This document shows, one piece after another, positions 8,769-15,579 of a DNA stretch of 24,515 nt. The first letter of the stretch is position 1; every line of letters starts with the position of its first letter. Location of the stretch: assembly GCA_048941285.1 (NCBI GenBank), contig JBHLNS010000047.1:1-24515 (forward strand), in the 5' to 3' direction. Under the pieces are notes generated by a model. It did not search any database. It saw nothing but the letters and a program-made list of their open reading frames with translations, and was not told the DNA's origin. Source of the stretch: Promethearchaeota archaeon. GTDB lineage: Archaea > Asgardarchaeota > Lokiarchaeia > Sigyniarchaeales > SOKP01. Made by a program: the position numbers and the translations under genes.

Positions 8769-8906
8769 TTATTTATGGTTTTCTTCTGCGTCTCTTATTT
8801 TTCGTAGTTTTTGAGCCCTTTTATACCACATATTTAACATGCCTCAACTGGTACTATAGCAATCATCATCAAACTCGAGATCTAAATAATCATCTTTTTC
8901 TTCCAT
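8769..8906 (-). CDS. Small putative selenoprotein B (45 aa, in-frame TGA at codon 21); missing from the ORF track
   Basis: MEEKDDYLDLEFDDDCYSTS(U)GMLNMWYKRAQKLRKIRDAEENHK*. Strong SD GGAGGT (8916-8921) 9 nt before the ATG; TGA at 8844-8846. Paralog of 9136-9291. Confidence 0.75.
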
Positions 8907-9065
8907 TATATTATGACCTCCTTTCTTATATTGTCTACAAATGAAGAAAAGATATTAAAGTGGTGTTTATAAAAAATAAAAACTCAATCACGAACTAATA
9001 TATTATATAATTACAAACGAAGTAAGTTTAATTTCCAATAAAAGAAAATTAATTTTTTTTGTAAT

Positions 9066-9131
9066 AATCTCGAATTTTTAGCGGAATTCTTAAGAGTAGA
9101 TCCTCGCTTTTTATGATCCACTCCTGAGATT
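9066..9131 (-). promoter_or_regulatory. Conserved 3'-UTR three-way-junction RNA element, copy A (candidate SECIS-like/UGA-recoding element)
   Basis: RNA: AAUCUC-[AGGAGUGGAUC AUAAAAAGCGAG GAUCUACUCUU]-AA-[GAAUU CCGCUAAA AAUUC]-GAGAUU, starting 4 nt after the stop of the 51-aa ORF. The G-U pairs indicate the minus strand. Confidence 0.72.
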
Positions 9132-9135
9132 TATT

Positions 9136-9291
9136 TTATTTAACTTTTTCTTGTTTTTTTCTTTGACGTCTTTTTTTGATACTTTTTATGGCGGTTATAA
9201 ACCCATCAACAATCCCTCAACCAGTACAATTACTTTCATAATCGTAGGAAGCCGAGAATTCATTGTCTAATTTATTTTTCCATTCTGACAT
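9136..9291 (-). CDS. Small putative selenoprotein A (51 aa, CxxU motif, in-frame TGA at codon 25); missing from the ORF track
   Basis: MSEWKNKLDNEFSASYDYESNCTG(U)GIVDGFITAIKSIKKRRQRKKQEKVK*; TGA at 9217-9219. No SD, but a TATA-like TTTATCTA lies 26-33 nt upstream (short leader or leaderless). Paralog of 8769-8906. Confidence 0.75.
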
Positions 9292-9440
9292 ATTAATATT
9301 GTTATTTAGAGTTTTTTAGATAAAGAAACAATTAAGGAAATAAATATGTTTTTATTATAGTTTTAAACCCATTAACCATAAATTTTTAAAAACAAAACCT
9401 ATCTTTTATTTAATTTAAATATTTGAGAAAAGTGATTTAG

Positions 9441-10118
9441 TTGCTATTTCAATATTGGGATGTAATCGTAGTATTTTTTAATTGGGTCGCTGAATCTGCA
9501 GCAATAATGATGGTTTTAAGTGGTGCAATGGCTATTACTTGGTTAGGTTATGAAAGAAAACGCAGAGGATCTTTTACTAAAAGGAAGCTAGAAGACAGAA
9601 AGTTTGATGTAACTAAATTCTTACGAGGAATGTCTTATTTAGGACTTATACTTGGTGTATTTGTTATTTGGAGTGGAGTAATGGGTTTGATACTGGATAT
9701 TCCTCCAAGTTTTAAATATGAAGAAGTAAATCCAGGAGAGGGAGCCAATCATTTTACATGTATATTCTTGATTGTCGTTGGAATTGCTATGTTTTTCAAA
9801 CCAATCTCAGATTTACCACTCTCTAGCATTTTAGGACTTATTGCGGGAACAGCTACAGCATTTATCTTAGCATTAATTATACCAGATTCTGTTACGAACT
9901 TACTTGGAACAAGTGTAGTAAAATGGGCGATTGTGATAATTTTTATTATAGTAACACTAGCAGTAGGTCTTACGGCGAAATTTTATATAGGAACTTTACA
10001 AAAAATATCAAAATTCCTCTCTTGGCCACCAATTGCCTTTATAATTATGGTCTTCTGCTTTGTTCAAGGTTTCTGTTTATGGATTGGTGGGTTTAGTATC
10101 TTTGCCAATCTTCTCTAA
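9441..10118 (+). CDS. Hypothetical multi-pass membrane protein
   Basis: 225 aa with about 6 hydrophobic segments and a basic loop; TTG start after GTGA. Confidence 0.8.
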   Translation: MLFQYWDVIVVFFNWVAESAAIMMVLSGAMAITWLGYERKRRGSFTKRKLEDRKFDVTKFLRGMSYLGLILGVFVIWSGVMGLILDIPPSFKYEEVNPGEGANHFTCIFLIVVGIAMFFKPISDLPLSSILGLIAGTATAFILALIIPDSVTNLLGTSVVKWAIVIIFIIVTLAVGLTAKFYIGTLQKISKFLSWPPIAFIIMVFCFVQGFCLWIGGFSIFANLL

Positions 10119-10232
10119 TATAAAATTATCATTTTTTTCATTTTTCTTTATAATTTCGAAATGAGGCAATTTTCATTATTTTAATAAGTGTTAGATTTTT
10201 ATCTAGCTTAATAACGTGAATTTTGGGTAAAA

Positions 10233-10511
10233 ATGGCCGGAATTAAAGAATTAAAAGATGAAGTTTCTGATATGCGAACAAGTATAGAAAAATTAACTAA
10301 AGAATTGCATGAAACCAATTTGGCAATTAGAGAATCCTTAAAAATGACCTCAGAAGCGATTAAAGAAGCAAGCGAAAAGTTTTCACAAGCGTTAGAGAAC
10401 ACAATGGAGAGGATGTCAGATATGACAATTCAGATGAATATTAGAGATACAATCCTGAAAAGTCTCGGTATTGATGGAATGATTCCAGATTTTCTAAAGA
10501 AAAAAAAATGA
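10233..10511 (+). CDS. Small coiled-coil hypothetical protein
   Basis: 92 aa with heptad-like periodicity and a KKKK end. It terminates in TGA, showing TGA also serves as a normal stop. Confidence 0.75.
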   Translation: MAGIKELKDEVSDMRTSIEKLTKELHETNLAIRESLKMTSEAIKEASEKFSQALENTMERMSDMTIQMNIRDTILKSLGIDGMIPDFLKKKK

Positions 10512-10514
10512 GGC

Positions 10515-10721
10515 TTAGATCTTTTTTTGTCCTTCCCACCTTTTAGTAACGAAATATAGGATAACAATTGAAACAACATATACTATTGTAATTAATGACC
10601 ACAAAATAATTTCAGTCTGATTGTTTTCAATTACTCCCATAATCGCTTTATAAATAAAAAAAATGCTAAATAATGCTAAAAGTCGAATGACAGAACTTAT
10701 TTTATCCATGATCCTTTCCAA
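10515..10721 (-). CDS. Small two-TM membrane protein
   Basis: 68 aa, two hydrophobic helices and a basic C-terminus. Confidence 0.65.
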   Translation of the reverse strand: MERIMDKISSVIRLLALFSIFFIYKAIMGVIENNQTEIILWSLITIVYVVSIVILYFVTKRWEGQKKI

Positions 10722-10806
10722 ATTTTTAACTAATAATTAAAATATTATAATACTTAAAATTAAAAGTATAATAAAGAATAATTATAATCCTAAATTAGAT
10801 AAGAAC

Positions 10807-11010
10807 ATGTCGGAAAGAAATCCCCCTATATGCTATAGTTGTGGAAATAGTTGTGAAAATAGCATGGAAAATACTCATTATTGCATCTGTGACATTGCGA
10901 TTTGCCATGATTGTATTAATTCTGTTAAAAAAAATGATACAACGTGGATTTGTCCCCACTGCAAAGAAGAAAATGATATTGAAAAAAGTATATTGTTCCG
11001 ATCTCCTTAA
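10807..11010 (+). CDS. Stand-alone RING-finger protein, C4C4 (Not4/CNOT4-like) spacing
   Basis: CYSC-x13-CIC-x4-CHDC-x12-CPHC. Confidence 0.75.
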   Translation: MSERNPPICYSCGNSCENSMENTHYCICDIAICHDCINSVKKNDTTWICPHCKEENDIEKSILFRSP

Positions 11011-11060
11011 TTTATTATAGAAACTCATATTTATAAAAATCAGTTGATTAAAAGATTAAT

Positions 11061-11123
11061 AGCCTATGATGAAAAAATATATTTAATGATTCCTATATGA
11101 TTAAATTGAGGAAGACTGAGGCT
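11061..11123 (+). ncRNA. C/D box sRNA (putative 2'-O-methylation guide)
   Basis: Terminal stem AGCC/GGCT; box C ATGATGA (11066-11072); D'-like ATGA (11086-11089); C'-like ATGATTA (11097-11103); 12-nt guide AATTGAGGAAGA; box D CTGA (11116-11119). Intergenic, 63 nt. Confidence 0.7.
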
Positions 11124-11214
11124 TACTAACCTACTAATCTTTGAAAACTCAAAAAGATAAATAAGGTTTCATTATTTTACTTATTAAAAAATATTAAAAA
11201 TATACTGATTTACA

Positions 11215-11703
11215 GTGTCAGATAATATCATCTCAAAAGTCGTGGAATTGGATAATTGTAATAAGGATACGCTTATAAATTCAATCTATAAACCAGAGTT
11301 CTGGTTAATGGTAAATCCGGCAAAATCAATGGAAGCGGAATTTACTGCCCCTAACGTGTTATATACTAAAATAGTTGATGAGATCATTAGTATTAAGATT
11401 GAAATGGAAGGTGAATTAGTATTACAGGATATGGGGGAACAAGAAGGAGCGAAAGGACATTTGATTGAAATGAATGTTCGAAACAATAAAGATGTCAGAG
11501 AATTAGAAGGAAGAATGCGAATAAAAGCAGTTTCTAATAATAAATCAAAAATAGGAGTCTTTATAAACAGCTTTAAATTAGGCAGTGATTTTCTTAATTT
11601 AATTGGAAGAAGTGCAGCAGAGCTAGCTCTAAGAACAAAGATAACTGAAATGTTGCGAAATTTAGAGAAATTTGTGAAATTACATTCATTAAACGATTTA
11701 TAA
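11215..11703 (+). CDS. Hypothetical protein, possible SRPBCC/START (CoxG-like) fold
   Basis: 162 aa with GTG start. The short helix with PEFW, multiple strands and long C-terminal helix fit a helix-grip fold (by eye). Confidence 0.7.
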   Translation: MSDNIISKVVELDNCNKDTLINSIYKPEFWLMVNPAKSMEAEFTAPNVLYTKIVDEIISIKIEMEGELVLQDMGEQEGAKGHLIEMNVRNNKDVRELEGRMRIKAVSNNKSKIGVFINSFKLGSDFLNLIGRSAAELALRTKITEMLRNLEKFVKLHSLNDL

Positions 11704-11779
11704 CAATATCCATATACAAGAGATTATTTAATATAAATACTATACATTAATTGAGCAATTTAAAAGAAAGGGTTAAAAA

Positions 11780-12625
11780 ATGAATATCTGGATTATGGAG
11801 AGCGATTCGGGTATTACTCTTGTCTACAAGCCATATATGGATTTTCCAGTAAATGAAGATCTTGTTTCTGGATTATTAACGGCGTTAAACCAGTTTACTA
11901 TAGTGGAATTTAAACAAGGAATAGAATCTATAGAAATGGGCGGACTTAGATGGGTATACATAATGGATAAGGAGACGAATCTTTTATTTATAGGCGCAGA
12001 CCGAAAAGATGTTACAGCAGAGATTTTAAGAGCTAGGTTAGATGTAATAAGACAAACTTTTATTTTGCAATATGCAAATGAAGGGAATCGTTGGGGAAGT
12101 AAATGGGCTGGAAACGTGGAGATTTATAAACCTTTTGAGGATATAATTGATGAGTTTTATACTCAATGGAAGCAAGCAGAACGTATAACAACTGTAGCTG
12201 AATTTTTTGACATTATAGGAATTTTTCAACAAATTTTGAACTTGATTATTAATGTAATAGAAGCCCATTTGCCTAAGCAAAAGAAAGAAATAATATATGA
12301 TATCATTGAAGAAATGTTTAGACAATATTCAAATCTGGAAATTGTTAAAAAAAATCCAGAGCTAAGTAAAATTACTTTTGTTAAAAATGTGGGATTCAAT
12401 ATTATTGGGATAGATCCAATGAATAGTGATATGTATCTTGTTGAAAAACAAATTATCAATTTAATTAGGCGTATTGTAGAAACCCTTAAAACAGAGGAGG
12501 GGTATTTTGAGAGTTTAAAACATTTCATTGATGAGAATATTTTTGATTATTTATTGTCAAACTTTAACCTCTTGAATGATTTGAATTTATTCACATTTTT
12601 ATTACAACTTTTTCTTTTAAAGTAA
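11780..12625 (+). CDS. Longin-like domain protein (Asgard type) with helical C-terminal domain
   Basis: N-terminus IWIMESDSGITLV...EDLVSGLLTALNQF...IESIEMGG...LLFI...L..IRQTF...Y matches the recurrent Asgard longin pattern. Confidence 0.72.
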   Translation: MNIWIMESDSGITLVYKPYMDFPVNEDLVSGLLTALNQFTIVEFKQGIESIEMGGLRWVYIMDKETNLLFIGADRKDVTAEILRARLDVIRQTFILQYANEGNRWGSKWAGNVEIYKPFEDIIDEFYTQWKQAERITTVAEFFDIIGIFQQILNLIINVIEAHLPKQKKEIIYDIIEEMFRQYSNLEIVKKNPELSKITFVKNVGFNIIGIDPMNSDMYLVEKQIINLIRRIVETLKTEEGYFESLKHFIDENIFDYLLSNFNLLNDLNLFTFLLQLFLLK

Positions 12626-12798
12626 CATTATATCTGCCAATTTCCTATTATTAAACTCTTTGAGCTAGATTTTAATAATTACACCTACATTTTCAGTGTA
12701 TTCCTTTCAAAAGTAAAAAGGAGTCAATTTGAATAGATTTATTAAACGCTATTTATTTAATTTATTATTTGACCTCAAATTATTAACTTTAAAAAATA

Positions 12799-14091
12799 AT
12801 GGAACCCGTACTGCTCATTATCATTTTCATCTTGTTTTTTTTCATTATTCTAAGTTATTCAAAATCTAATTTAGATTTTGTAGCAATCTCTCTTTTATGT
12901 TGCTTTATTGCTGCTACATTAACATTTATAGTTGTAGGAACAACAATAGATAAATTCATCTTATCTATTGAATGGGAAGCAATTATTATTATATTAAGTA
13001 TGAGTATTATTACAAAAATTGCACAAGATTCAAATATTTTAGAATTTGTGGCAGTTAAACTTTTTAAATTATCCAGAGGGGAGCAAAGAATTTTCTTTTG
13101 GCTTCTTTGTATAATTACTACATTGTTAGCAGCAATAATAAGTGATGTAGTTGTAGTATTGATTTTAGCTCCAATAGTTGTAAGACTTTGTCATTTTCTT
13201 AAGATAAGAGCTGGAACTTATCTCTTGGGTATGACTATTTGCATAAATATCGGATCTATAATAACTCCATTTTCAAGTGGAGAAAATATTATTATATCTA
13301 CCTTTTTTCATCTTGATACATTGTATTTTATTCAATATTATTGGATCTTCTCTTTCTTTTTATTATTTATAACCATTTTTTTAATAGATAGATATCTATT
13401 AAGAAAAGAACCTAAAATTGAAGAACTTCAAAAAAAGTTTGTCATGGATTTAATAGATACTGATATTATGGTCAAAAATAAAAATATGTTCTATTTTAAT
13501 AGTATTGCGATAATTATTACTATCATTTTATTTGCTTCTCTTCCCCTTTTATATTTAACAGCAGGAGTTTCGGCTTTAATTCTAGTGTTAGTAAATAGAA
13601 GTTATACAAAAAAGCCAATGAGTGAACTTCTAAAGGATATTGAGTGGGAAATCATTTTTTTCTTTATAAGTTTATATGTGGTAATAGGTTGTATGTTAGA
13701 AGCGGGATTTCAAGAAATTTTTGAAGCAATACCCTTTGAAACTTTTCCTTCCTTACTTATATCATTTTCTTTACTTTTAATAATTAGTTTTATCTCAGGG
13801 CTTGTCGCCAATACCCCTACAGCTTTAATTTTCATTCCAATAGTCCAAACCTTGATTGGTGATTTTGGACCAATTCCCTTACTATTTTCCTTTATAATTG
13901 GAATAAATTTAGGTGGTAATTTTATACCTCAAGGAGCGGCTTGTGATATGATGACGTTAAAAATAGCAAGAGATTCAGGGGTAGAAAATATGAGTTATAA
14001 ACGTCTATTAAAAATGGGTGCTACTTTTGCCTTTATTCATTTAGGACTATCTATCTTATATTTATTCTTTCTCGTTTTAATCTTTGGATAG
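12799..14091 (+). CDS. ArsB/NhaD/SLC13-like (IT superfamily) permease
   Basis: About 12 TM segments; IEWE twice (internal repeat), NIGSIITPFSSGENIII, SGLVANTP and NLGGNFIPQGAACD. Confidence 0.85.
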   Translation: MEPVLLIIIFILFFFIILSYSKSNLDFVAISLLCCFIAATLTFIVVGTTIDKFILSIEWEAIIIILSMSIITKIAQDSNILEFVAVKLFKLSRGEQRIFFWLLCIITTLLAAIISDVVVVLILAPIVVRLCHFLKIRAGTYLLGMTICINIGSIITPFSSGENIIISTFFHLDTLYFIQYYWIFSFFLLFITIFLIDRYLLRKEPKIEELQKKFVMDLIDTDIMVKNKNMFYFNSIAIIITIILFASLPLLYLTAGVSALILVLVNRSYTKKPMSELLKDIEWEIIFFFISLYVVIGCMLEAGFQEIFEAIPFETFPSLLISFSLLLIISFISGLVANTPTALIFIPIVQTLIGDFGPIPLLFSFIIGINLGGNFIPQGAACDMMTLKIARDSGVENMSYKRLLKMGATFAFIHLGLSILYLFFLVLIFG

Positions 14092-14133
14092 CTATAACAA
14101 ATTATAAAAAAAGAAAAAAGTAAAATGTTTTGG

Positions 14134-15384
14134 TTATAACCAACCTCTTAAACGCATTGCTTCAATAACACGTTCAAGAGATATCATATAAGCCCCCATA
14201 CGATTGTGGGTGTTGAATTTTTTAGCTTGCTCAACTGTAGAACGATAAGCTCTTGTCATAACTCTATCAAGTGCCTCAAAAACCTCTTTCTCTGTCCAGA
14301 AATATCGATAATATCCTTGTACCATTTCAAAATAGGATACAGTTACTCCACCTGCATTACACAGGAAATCTGGAATCATAAGTATACCTTTTTCATAAAG
14401 TGTTTGGTCTGCATCTGGAGTTGTAGGGCCATTAGCAAGTTCAGCAATGATTTTTGTGTTTATAGAATCTGCATTTTTTCTTGTTATCACATTTTCAAGT
14501 GCTGCAGGCACTAAAACATCACATTCTAATTCTAATAATTCTTCATTTGATATTTCTTTAGTTCCTTTCAGTCCAATAACTGATCGTGTTTTTTCTTTAA
14601 ATTCTCCCGCAGCGTGAGGATCTAAACCATCTTTATTATAAATGCCCCCTTTAGAATCAGAAACAGCAATTATTTTACAACCGAAATTGTCTTTAAGTAG
14701 TTTTGCTGCCCATGATCCAGCATTTCCATATCCTTGAACGGCTACAGTGGCTTCATTTAAGTCTAAACCAATGTCTCTAGCAGCCTCTCTTATTGTATAG
14801 ATTCCCCCTTGTGCCGTGGCAATTGAACGCCCTGCGCTTCCTCCTAATGGTAAGGGCTTTCCTGTAATAACTGAGGGCGCATGATGACGTACTATGTGCT
14901 CATATTCATCTTGCATCCAAGCCATGATTTGTGGATTTGTATAAACATCTGGAGCGGGTACATCAATAGTAGGACCAATAAAATCAGCCAGTTGTCTAAT
15001 ATAGCTTCTAGCGAGTGTTTCAAGTTCTCGATTACTCATCTGCCTTGGATCGCATATTATTCCCCCTTTAGCACCACCTAGGGGAATGTCAACACAAGCT
15101 GTTTTCCAAGTCATCCAAGCACTTAAAGCTTTCACAAGGGAGGCACTTTCGTCAGGATGCCATCTTATTCCTCCTTTCATTGGACCTCTTGCGGAGTTAT
15201 ATTGAGATCGAAAGCCCTTAAATGTCTTTATTGATCCATCGTCCATTTTCATTGTAATTTTAATCTCAACAAATCTTTCTGGCTCACTTAATGCGTTGTA
15301 TACCTCATCTCCGTAATTGGCTAGATTACATGCATTAGAAAGTTGTTTTTGAGAAATTTTAAAAGGGTCTAGTATTTCACTCAT
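14134..15384 (-). CDS. gdhA: Glutamate dehydrogenase (Glu/Leu/Phe/Val dehydrogenase family)
   Basis: [57 protein letters not shown] and [11 protein letters not shown]. Confidence 0.96.
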   Translation of the reverse strand: MSEILDPFKISQKQLSNACNLANYGDEVYNALSEPERFVEIKITMKMDDGSIKTFKGFRSQYNSARGPMKGGIRWHPDESASLVKALSAWMTWKTACVDIPLGGAKGGIICDPRQMSNRELETLARSYIRQLADFIGPTIDVPAPDVYTNPQIMAWMQDEYEHIVRHHAPSVITGKPLPLGGSAGRSIATAQGGIYTIREAARDIGLDLNEATVAVQGYGNAGSWAAKLLKDNFGCKIIAVSDSKGGIYNKDGLDPHAAGEFKEKTRSVIGLKGTKEISNEELLELECDVLVPAALENVITRKNADSINTKIIAELANGPTTPDADQTLYEKGILMIPDFLCNAGGVTVSYFEMVQGYYRYFWTEKEVFEALDRVMTRAYRSTVEQAKKFNTHNRMGAYMISLERVIEAMRLRGWL

Positions 15385-15579
15385 TTAAGTTCACTTGTTT
15401 GTATATTTCATAGAATTGAATTTTTTTCAATTTTGGTGAATATAAATTAAATATTCTGAAGAAATTTTATTTTTCTTTTTAATTAAATTGAATAATAATT
15501 AATTAAATAAAATATTAGCAATAAAAGTTTGCTGTGGGAAACATCTGGGAAATAATAAAACCTTCCTTTATATCCTCTT

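Noticed and set aside
8769-9291. TGA reassigned genome-wide to Trp/Gly, or the two ORFs being simple pseudogenes
   Set aside because: Long genes use TGG for Trp and have no internal TGA, and TGA ends the 10233-10511 gene. The same TGA retained at the aligned position in two strongly diverged paralogs with intact downstream frames argues against decay.
12647-12722. Three consecutive short hairpins between the longin gene and the permease
   Set aside because: The stems are short and AT-rich, as expected by chance at this composition, and there is no second copy.
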